From: Pseudomonadota bacterium
GTDB taxonomy: Bacteria > Pseudomonadota > Gammaproteobacteria > Poriferisulfidales > JAYYZZ01
Length of the DNA: 64,000 nt
NCBI GenBank assembly: GCA_036687665.1
Contig: JAYYZZ010000004.1
Location: 22,330 to 86,329 of the forward strand
Reading direction: 5' to 3'
Each line of letters begins with the position of its first letter. Position 1 is the first letter of the stretch. The notes below the pieces were generated by a model. It was not told the origin of the DNA, did not search any database, and saw nothing but the letters and a program-made list of their open reading frames with translations. The translations under genes and the position numbers were made by a program. Positions 42,913 through 51,003 of this stretch are shown here, in pieces.

Positions 42913-44097
42913 TTAGCTCTTTAGGGCGTCCCTTACTTTCATGGCATGGGCAATTGTGTCATCAATGTCGACATTATAGTGATAACTGCCGGCGCGACCA
43001 ATGGAAAATACACCGTCTGGCATCTCATCGAAATATTTTTTTGCTTTTGCTTTTTCAGACTCAAAGGGAAGGGGGTAATGTTTGTTGCGATCTGACGGTG
43101 TCTCAATGCTAATTAGGGTTGTTGGGGACTCGTGTTGTGTAAATTTTTTGTATTCTACGACTCTTGTGTGTGTTTCTTTCCCTGAGTAATAAATAAAGTA
43201 GATATGTTCTGGTAATGCGAACTCTACGGGCAACACAATGAGTTGCAAATCTCTGCCTACATAAGGAAGCTCTCCATGGCATGACTCAAACAATTTATCT
43301 GGTGAAATAGTGCTGACAATAACATCAAATTTCAAACTTTCACCGTTTATAGTTACTGTTTTATTGGGTATATCAAATTTCTCAATAAACGTGCTTACGA
43401 GGACTGTAACGTCTTGTGTTGAAATATCAAAATAATCATCATAGCCGTTCTTCGCATGCGGGTAAGCAGAAATAGCTGAGTCCCATGCTTGCCTGCCACC
43501 TTCTTTGATTGTGTAGCCCTTCGGTGACCATGCGAAATCATCAATTAGTTTATTGTCATCTATAAGCCACATTTTTTCTGAATAATCTTTCACAAACTTT
43601 TTATATAGTGTTTCTCCTATAGAGTATGTCCAGAACTCTTCAAAATTTTTTGCTTTATGTGCAGAATTTAACTGGCGTACTTCTTTGTCAGTTAATTTAT
43701 TAGCCTCATCTTTATCAAGCAGTTGTAATTCCGCTTGGTTAATGTCTGTTAACTCTTTTTCTATTTGCTTCTTTTCTGGCATTAATTGAATGTCATCCCT
43801 ATGTATTGGATAACTGTAAAAACATTCATCATCTTTAACATAACTTAAAAACTCATGATCTTCACAAGATCTCAACGGGACAATCGCATTTAAATATTCG
43901 TAGATGTCTTCTCTTGGTGTCAAGAAGTGTCGTGGCCCGAAAGTGTGTGGGTGGCCGCCATAATTTTGCGTCCTATTGCCAGCACCCAAGAATGGCGCAG
44001 CTTCAACTAAAGTAACATCCCAACCAGATTCCATTGACATTAAGTGTGCTGTGGCGCAACCTGCAAAACCGCCACCAATTACTAGTATTTTTTTCAT
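42913..44097 (-). CDS. UDP-galactopyranose mutase (Glf)-like flavoenzyme, distant member
   Basis: 394 aa. FAD fold ILVIGGGFAGCATA. Glf-like LYKKFVKDYSEKMW and C-terminal GRAGSYHYNVDIDDTI (compare E. coli Glf GRLAEYKYYDMHQVI). Confidence 0.65.
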   Translation of the reverse strand: MKKILVIGGGFAGCATAHLMSMESGWDVTLVEAAPFLGAGNRTQNYGGHPHTFGPRHFLTPREDIYEYLNAIVPLRSCEDHEFLSYVKDDECFYSYPIHRDDIQLMPEKKQIEKELTDINQAELQLLDKDEANKLTDKEVRQLNSAHKAKNFEEFWTYSIGETLYKKFVKDYSEKMWLIDDNKLIDDFAWSPKGYTIKEGGRQAWDSAISAYPHAKNGYDDYFDISTQDVTVLVSTFIEKFDIPNKTVTINGESLKFDVIVSTISPDKLFESCHGELPYVGRDLQLIVLPVEFALPEHIYFIYYSGKETHTRVVEYKKFTQHESPTTLISIETPSDRNKHYPLPFESEKAKAKKYFDEMPDGVFSIGRAGSYHYNVDIDDTIAHAMKVRDALKS

Positions 44098-44098
44098 A

Positions 44099-44977
44099 TT
44101 AGTTCTCTATCTTATCTGCAACCAAGCATTCTATACTTCTTTTTACTGATTGTGGTTTATATCCTAGACTTTGAACTTTATCTAGTGATATTAAAAAAGG
44201 CTTTCTGTTTGTATCTTGATATTGAATATGAGCGTTTTTACCACTAAGCTTTATTATCATATCCAATATTTTTCCCAAAGGCATGGGATTTGTTGCAGCA
44301 ATATTAGTGATTTCATGAGTGCCAGTCTTTTTCTCTAATAGTAATTTTATAAATCCATATAAATCTTTAACGTGCACGATGTTGTTAAATTCTGCATCTG
44401 GGCTATGTGCCACTATGTTTTTTCCTTGTCTAATTGATTCGACAACAGACGATAAAAAATTCCCGTGCGAGTTTTTCCCCACTACACCTGGGAGACGAAT
44501 TGAAGTTGCGCTTCTGTCGTTTCCAGATTTCACCCACTCATCAATGTGTTTTTCTGCATATAATTTTGATAATCCATATTGTCCAGGAGAAACAGATTCT
44601 GTTTCTTCATTGATATAATTTGTCATTACTTGCCCATAAACGGACATGCTTGAGCAGTGAATAATGTTATATACACCTGAGCTATTTGCATGTTGGCATA
44701 AATGTTGAATGCTAAGCGCATTATTATCAAATAGCTGTTGATTCTCTTCCATAGTTGAGGGGTGGTCAGCTGCACAGTGGACTATTGCATCCAGTGGTGC
44801 TGGCAGAGGTTCATTTCCACAAAGGTCAGCTTTCACTAAATTTATTTCGCTGTCTCCAGAAATTCCTTCAGGCAGGGTATTTCTATAAGTCGCAAAAACA
44901 GTGTGGCCATCAAGAGTTAGGTGGTGTGCAAAATAATTGCCAATAAATCCGCCCGCGCCTGTTACTAATATCTGCAT
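44099..44977 (-). CDS. NAD-dependent epimerase/dehydratase family (extended SDR)
   Basis: 292 aa. Motifs ILVTGAGGFIGN and YGLSKLYAE (YxxxK). Confidence 0.8.
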   Translation of the reverse strand: MQILVTGAGGFIGNYFAHHLTLDGHTVFATYRNTLPEGISGDSEINLVKADLCGNEPLPAPLDAIVHCAADHPSTMEENQQLFDNNALSIQHLCQHANSSGVYNIIHCSSMSVYGQVMTNYINEETESVSPGQYGLSKLYAEKHIDEWVKSGNDRSATSIRLPGVVGKNSHGNFLSSVVESIRQGKNIVAHSPDAEFNNIVHVKDLYGFIKLLLEKKTGTHEITNIAATNPMPLGKILDMIIKLSGKNAHIQYQDTNRKPFLISLDKVQSLGYKPQSVKRSIECLVADKIEN

Positions 44978-44985
44978 CTATCTTT

Positions 44986-45429
44986 CTAGAAAGTTGTGTT
45001 GTATTTAACAGAGGGCAGTGTTTCTTGTGGAAGTGATTTTGGGCAATCAGCTAATGTTTGATTAATCAATAATAATTCTTCAACAAAATTCTCATCACCT
45101 GGTTTTGTTATAGACAGGTCTTCTAACGCAAAATACATTTTTGCTTTTTTTTCATGTAGTTTTTTATAAACTTCATTTCTTTTTTCTTTATCTTCTGGAA
45201 GCATAAATAAACTACACATCAGTATTCCTTCTATTGTTGAAAGCTCTTCTAGTACAGCCTCAAGCTGGATATAACAGTTTTCAAACATGAATTCGTTTAC
45301 AGGCAGCATATATTCTAGATTATTTTTCTCAGCATAAGTTCGTAAAAGTATATTTTGTGCTGGGGCTGGAATAGTCATGCCGCCAAAAGATCGCGATGTA
45401 ATATAAGTTCTATAACCTGAGCGCTTCAT
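44986..45429 (-). CDS. small uncharacterised carbohydrate-cluster protein (possibly the LIC12192-type 'sporadic carbohydrate cluster' family)
   Basis: About 147 aa from the ATG at 45429; the TTG at 45456 would overlap the upstream gene. GYRTYITSRSFGGMTIPAPAQNILLRTYAEKN. Directly downstream of a 2OG oxygenase-like gene. Family assignment is from memory only. Confidence 0.4.
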   Translation of the reverse strand: MKRSGYRTYITSRSFGGMTIPAPAQNILLRTYAEKNNLEYMLPVNEFMFENCYIQLEAVLEELSTIEGILMCSLFMLPEDKEKRNEVYKKLHEKKAKMYFALEDLSITKPGDENFVEELLLINQTLADCPKSLPQETLPSVKYNTTF

Positions 45430-45434
45430 TATTC

Positions 45435-46262
45435 TTATGACTTGTCTTTTTTCCAATTTGGAAATTTACAATCCATCCCAATGCGACTTATTATCTTAGT
45501 AGTTATTGGCAAATAAAAAGATCCGATTTTTTTCTCAAAGTTTCCGTAGGGAGTAAATAGCCCAGTAATGCGACAATTGAGCGACCATCTGGTTTCTTTT
45601 TCTTCGTTGACAATATTGCCGTGAAATAAATTGGTTGAAAAGAGTAGAACCTTCCCATAGGGGACGTCTAGCCAAACTAGATCATCTTTAACTTCTTTGA
45701 ATATCTCGCTCATCCCACCTTGATCATATTCTGGTAACTTAGGCACGATTTCCCGATTTTTTTCAGGGGGCAGGATAAACATTGATTTTGTCTTGTAGGT
45801 ATCAACCAGCGGAAGCCATTCTACAACTTGAAATGGCGTTTCACCGCCATGTAAATCTGTGTGCATGGATAAAATTGAACTTTCATCATGCGGCAGTTGT
45901 ATAGACAGATTTACACGATTTTGCATAGCCAGCTCATTTCCAACTAACTGATCGATATATGGTTTTGCTAGGCTGTAGTAAGTGGGTCTCAGCCATGTTT
46001 CTTTGTTTAATGTTTGATAGATATGCAACCTAAAATCGTTTACTTGCTCTTTATCTACTTCTTTTTGTATGTTATTTAGAAAGTCTGCATTATCTTTAGG
46101 AGCAGGTATACCCAGAAAAGCACAAGCAATTTCGACGATCTTAGACCGCATCTCATCAAGCAGAGAAGTGTCTACAACATCCCTTATAACATAGCCATAT
46201 TTCAGAAAGCTTTCTGAAATTTCTATTTCTTCTTTGCTGTAGAAATTTTCTCTTGGAGGCAT
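45435..46262 (-). CDS. 2OG-Fe(II) oxygenase-like protein
   Basis: 275 aa. Motifs MHTDLHGG (HxD), NLFHGN (distal His) and RWSLNCR. Confidence 0.55.
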   Translation of the reverse strand: MPPRENFYSKEEIEISESFLKYGYVIRDVVDTSLLDEMRSKIVEIACAFLGIPAPKDNADFLNNIQKEVDKEQVNDFRLHIYQTLNKETWLRPTYYSLAKPYIDQLVGNELAMQNRVNLSIQLPHDESSILSMHTDLHGGETPFQVVEWLPLVDTYKTKSMFILPPEKNREIVPKLPEYDQGGMSEIFKEVKDDLVWLDVPYGKVLLFSTNLFHGNIVNEEKETRWSLNCRITGLFTPYGNFEKKIGSFYLPITTKIISRIGMDCKFPNWKKDKS

Positions 46263-46284
46263 TAATTTATACTCATTTTCTGTT

Positions 46285-47424
46285 TTAGGTTAAAAGTTCT
46301 TTTTCCATTTCGTGAAATACTTTTTTTATTATATTCAAATCGTCTTTTTCCCAAACCCATTTTTGATAAGCTGCAGCAAATACTGGTTGCTCATTTAACA
46401 CTAAGCCATTTCTTTTAAGAGCGCGAGCTTGCATTTGCGGTGAGGAACTTGGTTTTACAAACAGCGCATACCTACACTTTTTATTATACCAACATAATTC
46501 CATAGGACCATGCGCAATAGCCATGTTTAACCATGCTTCTTGGTAAAGAGCCATTCTTGTTTCAATGTTATAACTCGCTTCTAGGCAAATTGGAAACTGT
46601 TTCATCTTTTCTGGTATACCATTTTTAGCCAAGTCTATGTCGGGAACAAAGATAGGGCTATAGTTATTTTTTTGTAGATAACTTGCGAATGCTATCCAAG
46701 ACTCTAAATTACTATTACGCTCTTTCATGTAATCATATTGTCTTAAACTAATAATAATAGTTTTTCTTTTGCCAGATGTGTTTTTTATATATTCTTTTAT
46801 TTGTTGTATTTCTTCTGCACGCGCCCTAAAACAATCAACAACAGCTTGAGATGTCTTTTTTAAAGTTTGCGTTACATTGTTGGGCAGTGCACAAGGAAAA
46901 GTTAAAGAGTAAATAGATGGCAATATCGATGCTTTATCTTTGAGGAAATGTTTAATATCTGACCTGTTTTCCAACCTTGTATATGATTTGCAACTTGGTA
47001 AAAGACGAAATATCGGCACCATCATATTTTCAATTCTCCATATACGTTCACTTACGTTTACTACTGATTGGTATTCAGGCATTTCTTCTCTCACCCCATC
47101 TAACTTCCCAGGAACTATTATGGGATGTATGTGTGTGTGGCCTAACCTATGTCGATGTAAATCACATACAGCAAGCCTAGAAACTGTATCAAAGGTAACA
47201 GAGCAATATTCTAGATCAAGCACACAATATAAAGTTTTTTCTTTCTGTGAATTTTTGTTGCTGGCATACTGTTCATATATGTATGCGGCTGCGCTCCTGA
47301 GTAGCCCGGGACTTACAAGATAGAAGTACAGGCGTGAAACTAACCACCCCAACCCTTTTGTAAAAATTTTTTTAGGCACCAGTAGGGCGCGTGTTGCAAG
47401 TTCTTTTAAAAATGTTTTATGCAT
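46285..47424 (-). CDS. hypothetical protein, possibly GT-B/GT9-like
   Basis: 379 aa and first gene of the minus run. RKTIIISLRQ...ESWIAFASYLQKNNYSPIFVPD and MALYQEAWLNMAIAHGPMELCW loosely resemble the C-terminal half of heptosyltransferase-type GT-B enzymes. Weak. Confidence 0.3.
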   Translation of the reverse strand: MHKTFLKELATRALLVPKKIFTKGLGWLVSRLYFYLVSPGLLRSAAAYIYEQYASNKNSQKEKTLYCVLDLEYCSVTFDTVSRLAVCDLHRHRLGHTHIHPIIVPGKLDGVREEMPEYQSVVNVSERIWRIENMMVPIFRLLPSCKSYTRLENRSDIKHFLKDKASILPSIYSLTFPCALPNNVTQTLKKTSQAVVDCFRARAEEIQQIKEYIKNTSGKRKTIIISLRQYDYMKERNSNLESWIAFASYLQKNNYSPIFVPDIDLAKNGIPEKMKQFPICLEASYNIETRMALYQEAWLNMAIAHGPMELCWYNKKCRYALFVKPSSSPQMQARALKRNGLVLNEQPVFAAAYQKWVWEKDDLNIIKKVFHEMEKELLT

Positions 47425-47508
47425 GGAGTTAGTTCAGAATAAAATATGCTGTATACTCTAATAGACTTATGTGAAACCATTTCGTTTCTGCAAGATCGTA
47501 TTTTCTAG

Positions 47509-47514
47509 TATAAT
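47509..47514 (+). promoter_or_regulatory. candidate -10 hexamer (TATAAT) in the divergent intergenic region upstream of the SIS-isomerase operon
   Basis: Perfect TATAAT 52 nt upstream of the ATG at 47566. No convincing -35 element. Confidence 0.25.
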
Positions 47515-47565
47515 ACCATCATATTCATTGTTAATTAGGTTCCTAAAAAAGAGAGCAAATAAAAT

Positions 47566-48165
47566 ATGACAGATCAAGGAAAGAGCTTTGTATCGACTTA
47601 TTTTTCACAGTCAGCTGCTATATGTGATCAAATCGATCATGAAAAAATAGATCAGCTTGCAAATTCGCTCAAGGAGCTCAGGGAAAGAGGTGGGCGCTTA
47701 TTTATATTAGGCGTCGGAGGTAGCGCAGGGAATGCAACACATGCAGTAAACGACTTCCGCAAACTTTGTGATATCGAGTCGTACGCCCCAACCGATAATG
47801 TTTCTGAATTGACAGCGCGTACAAATGATGAAGGCTGGGATACGGTTTTTGCAGCATGGTTAAGAACTAGCAAGGCATCTGAAAACGATGCGATTCTAGT
47901 TTTCTCTGTTGGCGGCGGCAACATCGAACACAATGTCAGCATGAACTTAGTAGAAGCACTCAAAGAAGGTAAGCAACGAGGCCTGAGTATATTCGGTGTA
48001 GTAGGGCGTGATGATGGTTACACAGCTAAAGTTGCAGATGTTGCGATTGTTATACCAACACTAGATCCTAATTTAATAACACCTCATACCGAAGCATTTC
48101 ATGCTGTAGTTTGGCACTGTCTTGTTTCTCATCCAGCGCTGCAAACACACAAAACAAAGTGGTAG
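47566..48165 (+). CDS. SIS-domain sugar-phosphate isomerase (GmhA / LmbN-like)
   Basis: 199 aa. Motifs RLFILGVGGSAGNATHAVNDFRK and VFSVGGGN. Confidence 0.8.
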   Translation: MTDQGKSFVSTYFSQSAAICDQIDHEKIDQLANSLKELRERGGRLFILGVGGSAGNATHAVNDFRKLCDIESYAPTDNVSELTARTNDEGWDTVFAAWLRTSKASENDAILVFSVGGGNIEHNVSMNLVEALKEGKQRGLSIFGVVGRDDGYTAKVADVAIVIPTLDPNLITPHTEAFHAVVWHCLVSHPALQTHKTKW

Positions 48166-48179
48166 ACTTATAACTAAAA

Positions 48180-48890
48180 ATGACTACTCTAAAAATAAAA
48201 ATCTTTGCAGACGGTGCAAACAAAGAAGACATACTGAGCTTGCACAAGAATGATCAAATAAAAGGTTTTACTACTAACCCAACATTGATGAAGCAAGCTG
48301 GTATAACAGATTACGAAAATTTTGCAAAAGATATACTGACGCATATTAAAGATAGACCAATATCGTTTGAAGTTTTTGCTGACGACTTTGACGAAATGAA
48401 AAAGCAAGCTGGCATTATAAACTCGTGGGCTGAGAATGTTTATGTCAAGATTCCCGTCACAAACACAAAATCTGAATCATCTTGCCCTTTAATAAAAGAA
48501 TTGAGTTCGCAAGGTATTAAGCTGAACGTCACGGCAATCATGACAGAAGATCAGGTGAGCGCTGTTTCAGATGCATTGGATGTTGCAACACCGGCAGTTG
48601 TATCTGTCTTTGCTGGCAGAATAGCTGATACAGGAGTCGACCCAATTCCTGTAATGTCAAATTGTCTGGAGATTTTAAAGGAGAGACCAAAGGCGGAATT
48701 GTTGTGGGCAAGTCCTAGAGAGTTACTGAATGTATTCCAAGCCGACCAGATCGGCTGTCACATTATAACAGCTACCCCTGACGTCTTAAAAAAACTCACA
48801 CTTGTTTCTAAAGATTTGACACAATATTCTCTTGAAACAGTGAAGATGTTTTTTGATGACGCATCAGCAGCCGGATACTCAATAAAATAG
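48180..48890 (+). CDS. transaldolase family protein, short Fsa/TalC type
   Basis: 236 aa. Motifs GFTTNPTL, Schiff-base Lys context VYVKIPVTN, NVTAIMT and VSVFAGRIAD. Confidence 0.85.
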   Translation: MTTLKIKIFADGANKEDILSLHKNDQIKGFTTNPTLMKQAGITDYENFAKDILTHIKDRPISFEVFADDFDEMKKQAGIINSWAENVYVKIPVTNTKSESSCPLIKELSSQGIKLNVTAIMTEDQVSAVSDALDVATPAVVSVFAGRIADTGVDPIPVMSNCLEILKERPKAELLWASPRELLNVFQADQIGCHIITATPDVLKKLTLVSKDLTQYSLETVKMFFDDASAAGYSIK

Positions 48891-48920
48891 ATATATTGGA
48901 AGACTATTCAGTTAAGGAAA

Positions 48921-49925
48921 ATGTTAAATAAGGTTCTCATCACAGGTGGGGCAGGTTACTGCGGCAGTTTGCTCACACCTCAGTTATTAAAGGCGGGTTA
49001 TCAAGTCACTGTCTACGACATTATGTATTTCAGTGACAATTTTCTCCCCAAGGATGATCCAAATCTTACTGTCGTGCACGGAGACATAAGAGATATAGAG
49101 AAGTTATCTGAGGCGTTACAGGGCATGGATGCAGTTATACATTTGGGCTGCATTTCAAATGACGCCAGCTTCGAATTAGACGAGCAACTAAGCACCTCGG
49201 TGAATTTAGATGCCTTTGAGCCATTAGTTGTGGCCGCGAAAGCGGCAGGGGTACAAAGGTTTGTGTATGCATCATCAAGCTCGGTTTACGGTGTTTCTGA
49301 TGAGCCAGATGTTACCGAAGATCATCCGCTTGTTCCTTTAACTTTATATAATAAGTTTAAAGGCCTTTGCGAACCGATATTACAAGACCATACGGATGAA
49401 AATTTTGTTGGTGTTATTTTTCGACCAGCAACTGTTTGTGGGTATGGCCCTCGTCAACGCTTGGATGTATCTGTAAATATCCTTACCAATCATGCTGTAA
49501 ATAATAATAAGATCACAGTATTTGGTGGCGAGCAATTGCGTCCTAATCTTCATATTCAGGATTATTGTGATCTTTGTCAGCTTTTACTTGAATCACCTAG
49601 TGAGAAAGTTTCTCGCGAGGTATTTAATTGTGGGTTTCAAAATATGAGTATTATGGATATTGCAAAGTTGGTGAAAAAAGTTGTTGAACAAGAATATCCT
49701 GAAAAAGATAATTTGGAGATTGTTACAACACCAACTGATGATATCAGGTCCTACCATATTAACTCTGATAAAATAAATAATGTATTAGGGTGGTCACCAA
49801 AACACTCTGTCGAAGATGCAATTAAAGATCTATGTTTTGCATTTCGTAAAGGTAAATTGCCTGACAGTCTTGATGATGATATATATTTTAACGTTCGACG
49901 CTTAAAAAGAATCAATGCCGCCTAA
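48921..49925 (+). CDS. NAD-dependent epimerase/dehydratase family (extended SDR)
   Basis: 334 aa. Motifs VLITGGAGYCGS, SSSSVYG and YNKFKGLCE. Confidence 0.85.
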   Translation: MLNKVLITGGAGYCGSLLTPQLLKAGYQVTVYDIMYFSDNFLPKDDPNLTVVHGDIRDIEKLSEALQGMDAVIHLGCISNDASFELDEQLSTSVNLDAFEPLVVAAKAAGVQRFVYASSSSVYGVSDEPDVTEDHPLVPLTLYNKFKGLCEPILQDHTDENFVGVIFRPATVCGYGPRQRLDVSVNILTNHAVNNNKITVFGGEQLRPNLHIQDYCDLCQLLLESPSEKVSREVFNCGFQNMSIMDIAKLVKKVVEQEYPEKDNLEIVTTPTDDIRSYHINSDKINNVLGWSPKHSVEDAIKDLCFAFRKGKLPDSLDDDIYFNVRRLKRINAA

Positions 49926-50916
49926 AAAAAATATCGCTGTAGTCACAGGAGGTGCAGGATTTATAGGTAGTCATATGGTTGATGTATTACTGGACAATGA
50001 TTACCAGGTAAGAGTGATAGATAATTTAGTAGGCGGACGTGAAGATAATCTCACTCACCACAGTAATAACAAAAATATATCTACAGAATGGGCGGACATA
50101 AGAAACTTATCACCTGAGTCCAATATTTTTAGTGATGCAAAATATGTTTTCCATTTTGCAGGTATAGGCGACATTGTTCCATCAATAGTTTCACCAGTCG
50201 AATATATGTCTACAAATATACAGGGCACTGTCAAAGTACTTGAGTGTGCAAGGCATGCTGGTGTAAGCAAATTTATTTATGCAGCATCTTCTTCTTGTTA
50301 TGGTATTGCTGATGTACCGACCACAGAAGATCATCCAATCTCCCCTTTATACCCATACGCTATGTCTAAATACCAGGGCGAGCAAGCCTGTTTTCATTGG
50401 CATAGTGTTTATAAATTGCCTGTGAACTCAATTCGTATTTTTAATGCATATGGGACTAGGGTTAGAACTACCGGGGTATACGGCGCAGTATTCGGTGTAT
50501 TCTTTAAACAAAAATTAGCAGGAAAGCCTTATACAGTTGTTGGAGATGGTTCTCAATCTAGAGATTTTATATATGCATCAGATGTAGCAAGAGCTTTTTT
50601 AGCTGCCGCTGAAGCAGAAAGACAAGGAGAAATTTATAATCTAGGTGCTGGCGATCCACAAACAATAAATTATTTAGTCGAATTGCTCGGCGGTGAAAAA
50701 ATTTATATTCCTAAGAGACCTGGCGAACCTGATTGTACTTGGGCAGATATATCAAAAATAAAAAAACAACTTCGTTGGGAACCCAATGTATCCTTTGATG
50801 ATGGTGTCCGTATGATGTTAGAAACAATCAATGCATGGGAGGACGCGCCTCTATGGGATCCAGAGTCTATACAAGAAGCGACCGTAGATTGGTTTAAATA
50901 TATGGGTGATAAGTAG
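49915..50916 (+). CDS. NAD-dependent epimerase/dehydratase family (extended SDR)
   Basis: 333 aa. Motifs VVTGGAGFIGSH, ASSSCYG and YAMSKYQGE. 11-nt overlap with the upstream SDR. Confidence 0.85.
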   Translation: MPPKKNIAVVTGGAGFIGSHMVDVLLDNDYQVRVIDNLVGGREDNLTHHSNNKNISTEWADIRNLSPESNIFSDAKYVFHFAGIGDIVPSIVSPVEYMSTNIQGTVKVLECARHAGVSKFIYAASSSCYGIADVPTTEDHPISPLYPYAMSKYQGEQACFHWHSVYKLPVNSIRIFNAYGTRVRTTGVYGAVFGVFFKQKLAGKPYTVVGDGSQSRDFIYASDVARAFLAAAEAERQGEIYNLGAGDPQTINYLVELLGGEKIYIPKRPGEPDCTWADISKIKKQLRWEPNVSFDDGVRMMLETINAWEDAPLWDPESIQEATVDWFKYMGDK

Positions 50917-50942
50917 TTCACCCAGCACTCTTATTGCATGAT

Positions 50943-50971
50943 TTGACCTAGCACTACTACACCATTAGACT
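50943..50971 (+). promoter_or_regulatory. candidate sigma70-type promoter (TTGACC - 17 nt - TAGACT)
   Basis: Read directly in the 88-nt gap upstream of the ATG at 51004. -35 TTGACC at 50943-50948, -10 TAGACT at 50966-50971, 17-nt spacer. Confidence 0.35.
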
Positions 50972-51003
50972 TCTTCTCTCTTCATAATATTTATAGCGCA
51001 CTG

